A DNA stretch of 61,876 bases, filler included, from Sphacelaria rigidula (Eukaryota): the NCBI GenBank assembly GCA_964200075.2. It is 5 parts of 5 records of this genome, joined end to end, with 100 filler letters (N's around TTAATTAATTAA, not from the genome) between each part and the next. Parts side by side here need not be neighbours in the genome. Positions count along the whole stretch, not along the records: positions 1 to 12,297 come from CAXNAA020003910.1; 4 more parts are not named here. One strand, 5' to 3'. The translations under genes and the position numbers were made by a program. The notes under the pieces were generated by a model. The model searched no databases and was not told the DNA's origin. It was given only the letters and a program-made list of their open reading frames with translations. This document shows, one piece after another, positions 1-12,297 of the stretch; the stretch's first letter is position 1, and each line of letters begins with the position of its first letter.

Positions 1-357
1 GGACCTGCTTAGACTGACGATCACTTCTAGACTCGCCGCGTTTCGGAATATGCATGCAGATCTGGGTTCCAACCTGTTCAAAACTTCTTGTCGATAGGAC
101 TCGGGGCTGGTCATTATGGGGTCAATCCCCTGTCAAAAGGGGATTGTGAAAAAGGGGATTATCCCCTTCGTTAAGACAGAGTAACTTGATTTGTTTTTGC
201 ATCAGCAGTGTGCGTCGAGATATTGCCATCCGGGTGCGGAGTGTTGAAACATGTGGGGTGTGGAGAAAACGTGCTTCAAATCGTTGGTGATGTCCAAAAT
301 GAGCAGGCGGTAATTGCGCCGCGTTCAGGTGCTTTCAAATCTTGGACATCTTCGCCA

Positions 358-610
358 GAGTGATGCCGCGATAGCCCCCCGAAGACCAGCCCCCCAGACT
401 GTCGCGAAGAATACAGCCATACAGCGCATGCTAGCTGGTTTCAGATTGCAACAGCCGTAAACTGTGACCGACAACGTCGAAAATAATGCCAAGCACGGGA
501 GTGCCGAGCTGCTCCGTGTGCTACCCTTTTTCATGTTTATTTGCGTGTAGATTTTGCCTTCTCCAACAAGCTAGTTCCTACTCTCCTGGGGGGTTGCATC
601 GGCATCACTG
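358..610. mobile_element. MITE-like element (~250 bp), diverged relative of the 51747/56033 family
   Basis: Imperfect TIRs gagtgatgccgcgatagcccccc ... ggggggttgcatcggcatcactg. Shares the gccgcgatagcccccc end and an internal agctggtttc with the 51747 element, and has a similar size. No clean TSD. Confidence 0.6.
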
Positions 611-1863
611 ACCTGTAGTCATGCATGCAAACATGAACGCTGCAGTATGACGGGAATAACGTTACAAACACGTTCATGCCTTTGTCGCCGGGAGGGCGCG
701 TGCAGGGTGCTTAGGGGATCGCCGCACAAAAACATGCGCGCATAAACATACTGCGCCGATAGCTTCTGCCGTCTGCGAGACCGTTATTCCCCCGCATCAA
801 AAGGGGGCGGTACTGCCGAAAGGGAAGTAGATATAATACGATTTGGAGGTCACGTGGCCACATCGACCATCCGCTGCGATGCAGAGTAGTTCAGTTTGTA
901 CCCTGTTAAAAAAGAAAGCGGTGAAGAACGCGTTCGGACTTTCGTCTCCCCGACGTTCATCACAACTCGTCGCAGCAACGATTGTCGGCAGCTCGCTCGG
1001 TGTTGGGGCACCGTTGATATCACCCACAGACCACCGGCGATGACTGTGCGTTGGCAGACGTAGATAGGATTGACAAATGATGAACTTGGAGATCGTGGTT
1101 TGGTTCAGAGTTGAATCTTCATTGTCGAGAAAATCGTTTTATGTTGATTAATATTTACACTCACGCACAACCGGAGATTCGCCCAAGTGCGTCAACAGAC
1201 TAACCCCAACACACTTGTGCCCCAAAGGGCGCACTGCACCATGCAAAGAGCATCATTCCTATGTACACAAGGGGAGCTCTATGACCGCCTCCTGGCGAAG
1301 ACAATATTGAATAACGCTGATGTAAGAGTGCACTCCACAACCGGAAATAATATCTACAATTTTTCCATCAGGCACAATCAAAACACGAGATCATCATAGT
1401 GCTTGTCTGCCTCCGGTGTCGGCTCATCTGTGTCCGATCCGCTGTATTCCGAATCGCCGAATCGGAATCTCCAATCCAGATGCCGGCTGCACTTCTTGAC
1501 CCGACGCTGTCGTAGTCTTCATGTCCACCGTCGCAACAATAACGACTATTCGGGGATGCTCCCATATCCGATCCCTCCCACCGCACTCCCACCGCCACAC
1601 CGGCGCGGCTCATCGCCGGGACTCACGCTGACTGCTGCCCTCGACGCGTTGGTCGCTACACTCGCCTTGGCTCTTCCACAGTTCGCCGTGGATCCGCCCC
1701 TCCCGCGCTTCGTTGTGGATCCGCCCCTCCCACGACTCGCTGCTTGTCCGCCCCTGGCAGAAATAAATCGTTCGCGTGCATCGCCACTTCCACTGTTAGC
1801 ATCACCACTGGAAGTCGCCTCGGTTGCCCCAGACGACGGCGGGGGTAGCAAGCGGCGACCAGG

Positions 1864-3480
1864 GCAACCGCAGCTCAGCGTGTAAGTCCCCAAACACCTG
1901 CATTTTTTCAGCGGTGTCACTTCGTGGCGCGTTTGCCGGGTTATATGAGCACCTCAGGGTCCGCACGTTCCCAGGCACATCAACATACGTGTGACTTGAT
2001 AAACTAACAGCGATGGTGTCTCGGGTGAAAGCCCCTGCCTCTCTGCTCGCCGGTTTTATGCGCCGCTTGTGATGAGTCTTCTTCTGTGGTTCAACAACCC
2101 ACCCGTGGCCGTTGAAGTCCACCATGGGCATCATCTTCTGAAAACTTTCTCCCCAGTATCCGAATACCGCGTCAGACTTACCCACGTGCTTCCGACAGGC
2201 GTCCAAGTTTGGACAGCACCGGGACGGCATGTGCCCATGTACTGTGGTGATACAAGTCTCGCCCCCCCGTGGAGAGGAGAAGCCCGGGATCCGTGGCGAT
2301 TTACGCATAACCGTTTTCGTACCTGTAGTAGAACACGGCGGCCGGCAGCTTCACGCCCTCGTCGACATCTACTCTCATGATGCCGTCCTCCTCCATCAGT
2401 ATCGGTGCTGTAAACAGATTCAGCATACGCAAAGCCTTCAGCACGAAATCCCACATCTCGTGGAAAGAAATCACAGACACATATGGTAAGAAGTCGCATC
2501 CAGCCAAAAGGCTGGTCAACACGAATAGTGCTATCTTCACAGATGGCGTCAGCCACGTATACTGTCCGGCGGGCGGCCAAGCGCTCTCACTCCCATCCCT
2601 CAGATTCTCGATGGCGCTGTACACCCCGCTCACGAGGATGTACCGGAGGCCACCGCTCCCAATCGTTTGACAAGTGGCTTGCACTGCGTCGGAGCCCTAT
2701 GGCGTACTATTCCCGGAGGATATCGCCAGCAACACAGTAATCCACTGATCAGTATCGATCGAAGTCACCAGCCACTTCTTCAAGTGCTTCTTGAACAACC
2801 TCTCGGAGTGGATGATGAAGTGGCCTGTGGACATCTCACTCTCGTTTATCCCGGGTCCAACTTCTCTGTGGATACTCTAATCAGGCCCACTGCCATCACG
2901 CCGCCACAACAGAGGGGAGTGGCAGCCAAGACTACAAGGCTGGGGAAGCGCCGCACTACGCAGACCTAGGTCCGCTGCCGCCGCTGTTTCCCCGCTGCCT
3001 GTCAATGCCGCAATATACGATGGAGTCTTTCGAACCGCCGCGCGGGTGCCAACACCCACCCCTGCCGCCGTCGTCGGCATCGATGCAACCCCGCTCCCCC
3101 GTCCGTCTGTCACCGCCGCCAGATATGTCCGCGGTGTCGGCCCTGCGGAACCTCTGCCGTCGAAACCTCCAAGTGCCGCAGTTGCCGCCGTCCGCGGCGT
3201 CGCTGTTCCTCCCCCGTCTCATCTGACTGACTCATTCGGAGTCTGTCCATCGAGGTCCACTCTCAACAACGGATGGGTACGAGTCGGGCGGAATGGAGGC
3301 CCCAGTGATACAGGTGCGTGACCACCTGTCCGGAGGACATGAGATGAACGATGTTTGGATGCAATATGTCATCCGCTTCGTCGGTTTAAAATTGCGAGCG
3401 TTGGAATCAGTTTCTCGTACCAAGCTCCGAAAAATACAAGTGTAGGCGCCCTTGATTCCGATCGAAATCACAACCAAGAT
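1864..3480 (-). pseudogene. Degenerate XPG/FEN-like PIN nuclease with C-terminal Cys8 (CXC) domain; AcademX-transposon-like relic
   Basis: Minus-strand translation across stops and frameshifts gives, in order: GINESEM (xEAE-like), WLVTSIDTDQW (DxD), LLAGCDFLP (H3TH), CPNLDACRKHVGKSDAVFGYW...DFNGHGW, then CSY..RSDT..(+1 nt)..CRC..TYTLSCGC. In the last motif TAT, AGT and TAC are each one substitution from a Cys codon. The 5' boundary is approximate. Confidence 0.65.
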
Positions 3481-3543
3481 CGCACAAATGAGCCAAGCAG
3501 TCAGATACATGCTGCATTAAGCAATTGTGCTTCGTAGAATCAT

Positions 3544-4168
3544 GCAAGGTTGTATTTGTTCTGTGGGGTGCGGGTATGTTCTGTAGGGTATGAGACTCCT
3601 CACAGAATTTGCAGAAATATAGGGTAACAGTATGAAAATGACACAGAATTTACAAATTGTCGGGTACCGGTTTGAAAATCTTACAGAAATGGCGGAACTT
3701 GTCGGGTACGGTTTAGGACGCTTACAGAAAAACCGTACCGGCAATCGGGTACTTGTTCACAAGCATGCCCGCGCTCCGCGTATGGGTAAACATACGTACA
3801 GAACTCACAGAACTGTCGGGTGAGGGTGTGGGAGACTTACAGAGCTCAAAGAGACTGTCGGGTAGGGTATGGAGGTTGCACAGAAAACCGTATCCGCGAC
3901 CGGGTATATCACCAAGAGCATAACCGTGCCCCCCGATAAGGGTACGGGAGGCTTTCGTAACTCACAGAACTATCGGGTAAGGGTATGGAAGTCATACAGA
4001 GATTACAGCAACTGTCGGGTATCGGTATGAAAGTCGTACAGAGTTTACAAAACTGTCGGGTACCGGTATGACATTCTTACACAAGTCACAGAACTGTAAG
4101 GTACGGTAAATACCCGGGAAAACACCGCGGTTATATAGAACACCGTACCCTACGAAACACGACGTTGG
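3544..4168. mobile_element. TIR element with internal ~41-43-bp subrepeats (cagaactgtcgggta-type), copy 1
   Basis: The left end caaggttgtatttgttctgtggggtgcgg matches the reverse complement of the right-end consensus ccgtaccctacggaacacaaccttgg. gtcgggta recurs about every 41-43 bp. Homologous to 4750-5285. Confidence 0.65.
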
Positions 4169-4749
4169 TATTATCATCACCCCTGTAGTAGGACCTACGT
4201 CACTAACGTGGCGAACTGCAGATAGCAGTTCACGAAAACTCTGCACGGCCTTACGGTCTTCGAGAAAGACTACACAAATATCCACAGTAACACATGTGTG
4301 CGGGATTGTCAATATCTACCGGGTTCACGAATGCTCCCACACAGTACATGGAGGAGCAGTCACGGCTGCCCGCTCTCTGGAAGCCCTTCGGCACGACAAA
4401 ATCGTCGACGGCCTTGACGACTTTTCGGTGGCAGCTCATACTCTTTGCTGTGCGTGTCGATAACAGCGTGGGGTTTGATGACCACGACGCAACCACCATC
4501 AACGTCGACGGCGTGCGTCTTGCTACTTGATCCCCTGGTGGCGCAGATGAACCGCCCCCGCTCGAGTCACCACTTGAGTCTGGGGGTGATTCATCCTGAC
4601 GTTGTGCAGTGCTGCTCATGTTTCATATTTCCACTCAGCAGTACCTCGTATCCCATCAAATTTCAAACTAAAGAAGTAGGGTGGGTTGATCAATTTTAGG
4701 TACATGTTCAGGTCGTGAAGTTGTTTTGTATTAAGCCTGTATCCATACC

Positions 4750-5285
4750 CCCCAAGGTATATACCTGTGCTGTACCTGCAATCGGGTATATCTACAACGT
4801 TATACCCTGACCCCGTGCAGGGGTATGGGAGGCTTTCAGAGCTTACGAAGCTGTCGGGTACCCGTACTGGATGAAAGTCTCATGGAAATGGGCAGAACTT
4901 GTCAGGTACGGTAAGGAAGGCTTACAGAAAAACCGTAATGACAATCGGGTACTTCTTCAAGAGCATATCCGCGTTCCGGGTACGGGTAAAAATTCTGTAC
5001 ATAACTCACAGAAACTGTCTGGTTGGGTATGGAGGTGGCACAGAAAACCGTACCCCAACCGGGTATCTTATCAAGAGCGTACCCGTGCCCCCCGGTAACG
5101 GTGCGGGAGGCTTACCGAACTCACAGAACTATCGGGTAAGGGTATGGAAGTCTGACAGATATTACAGAACTGTCAGGTACCGGTATGAACGTCTTGCAGA
5201 AGTCGCAAAACTGTAAGGTACTGTGAATACCCGGGAAAATACCCCGGGTATACAGAAAACCGTATCCTACGGAACACAACCTTGG
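4750..5285. mobile_element. Same subrepeat-containing TIR element family, copy 2
   Basis: Collinear with 3620-4168 (e.g. cttacagaaaaaccgta...caatcgggtactt; aatacccgggaaaa). Ends in tacggaacacaaccttgg. The left TIR is not clear. Confidence 0.6.
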
Positions 5286-6612
5286 AACCATGTATCAAAC
5301 TGGGACTCATGGCGCTGTTACCTCGGGGTCGATGTTGGTGTCGTATGCAACCTTCGGACTGCCCCCGCCGACGACTAAGCAGGCATCCAGGCGTTGCATC
5401 CCGCGAGAAAGTCTTGGGGATCCTCTACATCTACTGTCAAGATTGAGGGAATGTCCCGGGGGTAATTGGGCGGAGGGTTGAGAATCAGTGCTTCTGACAC
5501 AGCGTGCCTTTCATCGTGTGTTTCTCGTCCAGTACCGGCCTGCGCCAACGGAGCGGTGGTTTTGACACGCAATACTTGTATCTGATGCCTGCGGTGATTG
5601 TGGTACTATACTACCGTTAACTTACCAAGTAGGCTTATATGTATGCGTCAACCCCGTAGGTGTTGCTCAACGTTTACGGCCGTTAGAATCCGGACGGGGG
5701 TTCCGAACATACGCTCCAGAAGCCAACAGGAGCACTATCAACGATCTGCGTGATGAACGACGCAACCCAAAGATATACACGTTATTCATGCGCACAGTGC
5801 GCAGGATTTGATTATCGTGGGATTCGACCCGACCGCCCTAACGTGGATACACTTCAGCAACTACCCCCATCTTTGGCGGGCTGCACTATGCCCTCGGCGG
5901 CAGTGTAGTACACAGCACGATGTTCTACTGTGCTGTGCTGCGCTGGACTCTACCGCACTGTACCAGATCCTGTACTACTGTACTGAAGTTAGGTGTGCTG
6001 TTTGTTCCATATCTGGCACTCCAGAGCCAACGTGCACTGGCGCGGAGCATAATTTAAACCTTTCAAACTTCAGCCAAGTCGTTATTTTAACAGCACGGAT
6101 GAACTTCGAGAATCATTTTACAATGAACAGCATGTTTTTTGTAGAGGGTGAAACAGCTCTCCATGCCTTTGCCGATGGTGTAGGACGAGCGCGGTGCTCT
6201 CCCGAAACACCGGAAGACAAGTTTCACATAGGGGGTGGTATTCACCCACGGCCGTGCGGATTTTGCAATTACTTGTTGCTTCCGTTACTGTCACCGTTGC
6301 AACTTGCGAGAGGGACTGTCTGTCCGTATTTCAACACACCTCGTTCGCCCTCGCGTCCCTGCCTTCCGCTGGAGCGATGCTTTTTGGTCCGCTACTGTAT
6401 GCACAGCAGGCGCGGACCCCCCCACGCGAAATAGGGATACTTGCCATCTTGCACCATTTTACAAGGAGGCGTCTAAAAGACTTGAAAAAAATACTGGGCG
6501 TAACGCTGTACTGTTCAGCATGGGTCCATCTGGAACAATTGAACTGAAATCAGCTGTATTTTCGTTGATTTCCATGCTTCTTGCACGGATTTAATTCGGC
6601 ATATCTGTTCCG

Positions 6613-6950
6613 ATCGCCCCGGTGGCTCAGCTGGTAGCTTCGACATTTTCTCATGGCCGGGTCACGGGTTCGAATCTCGGTAAAGTCACATGATCTGAGA
6701 TTTCTTCCCATACCATGCTTAACAGTGGAGAGGGAAGACGCCGTGGATACACGAAACTCGACTTCAAGGTCGACGTTTGAGTCGGTCGCCCGGGTGGCTT
6801 AAATGGTGACGTCAAAATCTTCTGACGGTTGGGTCACGGGTTCGAATCTCGGTGCACTCACATGATCTGGCATTTTCTCACACCATGCCCAACAGTGGTG
6901 AGCTACCATCTCGTGAGTACACAAAACGCAACTTCACGGTCGACGAGGGA
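6613..6950 (+). mobile_element. Tandem dimer of tRNA-derived SINE-like units (~170 bp each)
   Basis: A boxes tggctcagctgg (6623-6634) and tggcttaaatgg (6795-6806), B boxes ggttcgaatc (6667-6676, 6839-6848). Shared body cacatgatctg...accatgc..aacagtgg...acttca.ggtcgacg. No acceptor-stem pairing or cloverleaf. Confidence 0.7.
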
Positions 6951-8179
6951 AAAGACCCGCTGGCCCTCTCTCGCGATAAAAAAACAAGGCAAGCACCGCA
7001 GAAGGCAAACGGAGTGCTATAAATAGTTGACAGTAATTCTTGATGCACCCCCAGCTTCCTCAGAGGTAACCACAATGCGCCGCAATCCAGGCCCTTTTCC
7101 CGTACCGTTAGTGCGATATCGGGCGAGCGGTGACCCTTTGCGGGAGGGTCGTCACGTTTCGTCGTAAAAAACAGTCAGTTTGAACTTCTGGAATGCTTTC
7201 ATCCCCAAACAGACAATGCAGCTTCAGTTCATAGCTGACTGCCAAAAAGCTAGGCAAATGATCACCGTATAAACAGATACTATTAGTGAGGTGGGGTATG
7301 CTACTTGCCGCTGGGCTAAAATATTGTAACCTTCGCGATTGCCATTCTCCGTTGTATGGTCGAGACACTGCAGCTCCTCCTCCTTCACAGAGCTCACTCC
7401 CATCAAAAGCTGATGTGTGTTTACGAGGAAGAGCTGGCGCCGGAGCTAGTGCACGAGCTGACGATGTCTGCTTGTCTTTTACCGTGGGTGTTGTGTTGTA
7501 GATGTTACGTCTTTCATCGTGTCCTTCTGTGACCATGCACCGGCTACACCATTCACAATTGCAGGAAACGTCGATTCAAAACTTGTGCAGATCTGGGTAA
7601 TAAACGTGTCCTCGATAGGACCTACAAAAGCTTGTGAGTAAGATCGCGTTCGCAAATGTGAACACCGTATGTGATTTTTCAGTCTAAATCATCGCGTGTT
7701 TCAACAAAAAATACACCACAATCTAGATCAAACCGATTTCGATGTGGGACATGGAGTCCATGAAGGACGTCACATTTGTCGAACGAACGATCGTGACCTG
7801 AACCGAGATTCAACGAGGAGGACCAAAACACAGACGTACGTGGTCAGATCGCAAATCTGCTGGTCGGTGCCTTATCTCTATGCCCCTCTTGGGTCCGTTT
7901 CATGCCGCCTTGTCATTCAAATATATTAATCAGTTTCAATTTCAGGGAAGTGATGGGATCTTCTTCGGGCTTGAAAAACCGAGAGCACTCTGCTTGCATT
8001 TCATGGCAGCATGCCAATTCACAATACTCCACGTACTTTCGAGGTCGATGTTCGATCGCATTTTTCTTGTTGAGATAACCTCTGACGACACGTCCTCAAA
8101 TTATCCAGAATACAGGGCTATACTCACGACTTTGTCCTTTGGTTGTGGTCGCTACTGTTATTGATCGTTCGCTGTCCAG

Positions 8180-10719
8180 GACCAGCAAGAGCCCGCGGAG
8201 TAATTGGCTACACCGACGCACGAGTAGATCTGTAAGCCATATCTTGAGTGGTGGCCAAGATTCCGGGGATGAATCAACACCTCCGAAGCGGCCAGAAAGA
8301 GACGACGCAGACCGAAATGATGGGGCGAAAGATGCCCCGGTCAAAAAGGCCAAGTCGCTCATGCCGCTCGCCGATGCGGCGTCCAAGCTGCTGCCCAAGG
8401 AAAACGTTGATGGCAGCGTGCAATTTAACAATCCGGGAGTTGGAGACTTCCAGGTTTTTGATAGTCTTGTCAAGGTCAGTATCTTGGCACACTTCTGCTG
8501 TATATAATGCCGTAGTAATGTCCTTGTCAGGCAGTTCCTCCCTTGCCTTCGTCCACCCCTCGTTTTAAGGACGTTCGAAATACGCTAGTGAAAAAGGAGG
8601 CGCGTTTCTGTATTTTTCTCGCTAATGTACACGTCTGCGCCCTGCACGTTAGTACGGGCTCATACTGTAGTGCTCTCCAGGTGGAGACTACTTTCCTGTG
8701 ATTCGTTGACTACTTTGACTGACCCCCCAGGGATCCAGCCATGGTCACATGATAGACGTACCGGAGAGAAAACAAAACCGGAACACTTACTGAAGACAAG
8801 AAAAAAGAAAAAACAGAAGAGGTTGACAGACCAACAGAGTAGACGAAGAAAAGGAGAACGAGACACCATCAAGAAAAAGGAAAACATACGTATGAAAATG
8901 TCCGGCCTCTCCCACATGGCTTCGGTGGGAACATCTTGCGCAGAGACCGCATCCATACCCAGTCGTGAACAACAAAAGCCCGTGGAAAAAGATTGCGGCG
9001 CATCCACTAAGATCCTTGTCATTTTGGGTATGAAACCTTTCATTCATGGACCCTACGGTAGGGAGGTACCAAACTACTCTGGCATACACCAGCAGGAAAG
9101 GATACATACCTAGAAAAATGGGGAAAGGGAGAGCGGAGGAAACTGCAGAAGTGGGGAAGCCTCAAGCTTTCAGAGCAGCAGAGCAAGTACGTACACCAGG
9201 AGGCACCGCCGAACAACCGACCAAGGTCACAAGTAACAACCGATGGGAGCAAACAGGATTCTCCGATTGGCGACTCTCGACGCAGCAGCCTATCGTTTGT
9301 TTTTGCGTCGCCACGTGTCTTTTACTGTATACCCTGCTATGCCATTAAGTATGGCTGGCAAGGTGTGAACTGGTTTTCGTGGCAGCGCTGATGACACGAT
9401 CTGAATGACGCACCGGCCTCATGGCACAAACCATACTGTGACTTCATGAGCCCTATTCCCCACGAGACGGTGATCTGGACCCCGGTTCTTTTCGTCACCC
9501 TCGTATCTGCCCCTCATCTGGAAAGGGGATGAAAACACTGAAGAGCACTGCACACTAATTGAGTGAAAAAAGTGTACGTTAGCCGATACCTCTGACGCGC
9601 CTGTCGACTACAAGTGTGCACCAGAAAAATGCAGATGAACACGGATCGTGGTAACGAGAAGTGTTCTGCAGGCCAACAAGGGTCCGCACTACAGGGTACG
9701 TAGGAGTGCAGGATCTCGGAGAGGCTTGCTTTGACAGTAATGGAGAAAAAAGTCGAAGAGTTCGTTTCTGACTTTCTGCTGATGTCCAACCAAAATCCCC
9801 GTCTGTGGCGTTTCAGTACCCAGGAAAGTTCGAGCTGAAAATTATCGGCGTGAACGACGACACTTTCGTGGGCGACATCCGCAGAGTCGTGGCCGCATGC
9901 TTGACGAAGGGGGACGAACACGTGGTGTCGTGCAGCACACGAGAAAAGGGGCGTTACACGAGCATATCACTCAACGTATTCGTTGAAAACTCGTCGCAGC
10001 TGTACAAGGTACGTCAAGGGACTCATTCGTCCTGCGATACCAGCAGTAGTTGTGCTTGCCAAGGACATACCTGCGGAAGATTTTGCGGAAGAAAATGTCA
10101 AGTTTTCCGTTCTTCAGAGTTGGAACAACAAGAGCTACCCTTTTCTGTCTGGATCACCCAGCTCTGCGACACGATACGGAACTAGTGGAATTGCAGTATA
10201 TTGTAGAAGCGGGTCAGCAACGACGAATTCGACGATCGTTCGAGTTTGTATGTTGCTTAGCTCGCCTCACTCTGTGCGCACAAATCCGCCAAAAGGTTGG
10301 CCGATGTGTGCAATCAGCGAGCGCAGCTGCACTCGCTGGAGACATGCTACTTGACTATGTTTTTCTGCTAACTGTCTAAAGCTGAGCGGTCCCGTTGTAC
10401 CAGTCGACATATATGCTGTCCAGTTGCGTTTCCTCTGATGCCGCCTCTGACCGTGGGAATGAACTGCCTCTGCCGAGATCAGCTCAAACAGTTGACTGCT
10501 GGTAGCTCTATGCGTTTGTAGTGAACCCTCGGTTCGGCCGACCCTTGAACGTTTTTGTGTTTTGCAGGACCTTGTATTGTGTTTGAATATGCGTACACTG
10601 AATACTATCAAATGTATGCGTCTCCCTTTTTTTACCCGCCTTGTTCTGCTCGTGATGTTCCCTTGCGACAGTGCTACGAGGTGATCAACGAAGATAAGCG
10701 AGTCAAGTTCAAATTTTGA
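8180..10719 (+). CDS. DUF493 / YbeD-like (ACT-like fold) protein, spliced; exons 8180-8474, 9817-10008, 10672-10719, tentative first exon 8003-8043
   Basis: GT-AG junctions join in frame to ...FQVFDSLVK|YPGKFELKIIGVNDDTFVGDIRRVVAACL...STREKGRYTSISLNVFVENSSQLYK|CYEVINEDKRVKFKF*, matching the DUF493 pattern (YP..F.LKIIG...S.kG.Y.S.s......s.eql...Y..l....rVk). The start is uncertain. Confidence 0.85.
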
Positions 10720-11056
10720 TGGCGGGAATACGAACTCCCAGCAATTCTTACCAGGCGGATTCGCCAGTGTGACCAATCGTGTGGCGGGTGATGATGACTA
10801 CGTCAAGTGGCCTCTCACTGCCTACGGCTGAGACAGCGCTACCAACGGTACCGCGAGGGTGTCCTCGCACGTTGATTGACAAGCAAGGTCGTTCCGAAGG
10901 ATGAAGATGCCGTGTACCACCAATACGCAGTTCGTTGATTTGGTCGTCGAAGCACAGGGCGCATGGGTCTGCGTCGGCTGTTACGACGGCGCGGAACGCC
11001 GCCGTATGAGAGTTGACCGAGACGGTACCGAAGATTCGTACGCGTGCAATCGCTAC

Positions 11057-11542
11057 CGGACATCCGTGCACATGCACTTGCGACCGGACTTGAGATCTCC
11101 CCAAGTGTTGGTCTAGCGGTGACAGCAATTGTCCGGTCTCCCCGCCAGTGTAGCAACGTCACTGCAGCAAGGGTGATTTTCCAGCTCTGGCAATAGCAGA
11201 GCGGGTGAACGTGTTGAAGCAAAATAACGGACACTCCCAGTTTAGGACCCAAAAATGACCTTGTGTGTGTGTTATTATTAGGGGGGGGGGGGGCGTACTC
11301 ATTTGTTGCTTGCGGACATCCGTGCACATGCACTTGCGACCGGACTTGAGACCTCCTTAAGTGTTGGTCTAGTGGTGACAGCAATTGTACGGTCTCCCCG
11401 CCAGTGTAGCAATGTGACTGCAGCAAGGGTAATTTTTCAGCTCTGGCGATGGCAGAGCGGGTGAACGTGTTGAAGCAAAATAACGGACACTCCCAGTTTA
11501 GGACCCAAAAATGACCTTGTGTGTGTTATTATTAGGGGGGGG
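11057..11542 (+). repeat. Direct tandem duplication of ~230 bp (256-bp offset)
   Basis: cggacatccgtgcacatgcacttgcgaccggacttgaga...tgtgtgtgttattattagggggg occurs at 11057-11286 and 11313-11542 with few mismatches. Confidence 0.9.
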
Positions 11543-12297
11543 TCCGAGATATCAACGAGCGAACGTGACGTTCACGTCTAGACGAAAGGTTTCCATTGAC
11601 TTGTTGAACGAGCGCCATGCCCAAGATAGTTGTACAAATCGAAATACGCGGAGGCGGGGGCGTATCGTCATTCAGTCGGGATCCAAGAAGGATTTGTTCT
11701 CTCCGTGGCGTTTATTGTAAAATCTTTCGGTTTAGTATAGTGATGTGTACTTCATGTCTGGGACGGTATCCTTGTACTGAAAAGTAATAGCAGGCAATCA
11801 AGTGGGCACGATTTTGGCCGCACATGGCCAACGTTCAAACGACGTCGGGTCCTCGCGGTCCTTTTGTTTTCTCATCGCGAATGTCGTGTTTCAAATGCGC
11901 GAACTAATTTGGCATAATCTTCAAAACACACCCTGCAAACATAACGGTGTATGTAGTATTGAAAATATATCCCCTGAAAAGTCGCAGTAGATGAGGGGTT
12001 GGGGTGGGGAGGCAGGATACGATGACCGCCGCTGAAAGGGGGGCACCTGTAGAATCTGCGTCATTTTGACTTGAAAAATGTATCCAGGACCCAGCGTGCC
12101 TACCCACCCAGTCACCACAAGATGAGGTCGCTGAAAAAACACACACGTCGAATTGTAGCTCCAAGTCTCACCTTTGGGGCCTCAGGTTGAAGTCCCGAGG
12201 TTCAAATCGAAGTTCCAACATTTTGACCAGAGAACAGCAAATTGTGCGAATTGAGGTTTAACTCTGAGTTGAGGCTCAAGTGGGCAACCCGACTTGC

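Noticed and set aside
3445..3465. IGIKG as the MGIKG start of a FEN1/XPG protein
   Set aside because: There is no ATG and the following residues lack the expected N-domain Asp motifs, so it was not used as evidence for a stand-alone FEN1.
6613..6860. Functional tRNA genes
   Set aside because: A and B boxes are present, but acceptor and anticodon stems do not pair; better explained as SINE-like heads.
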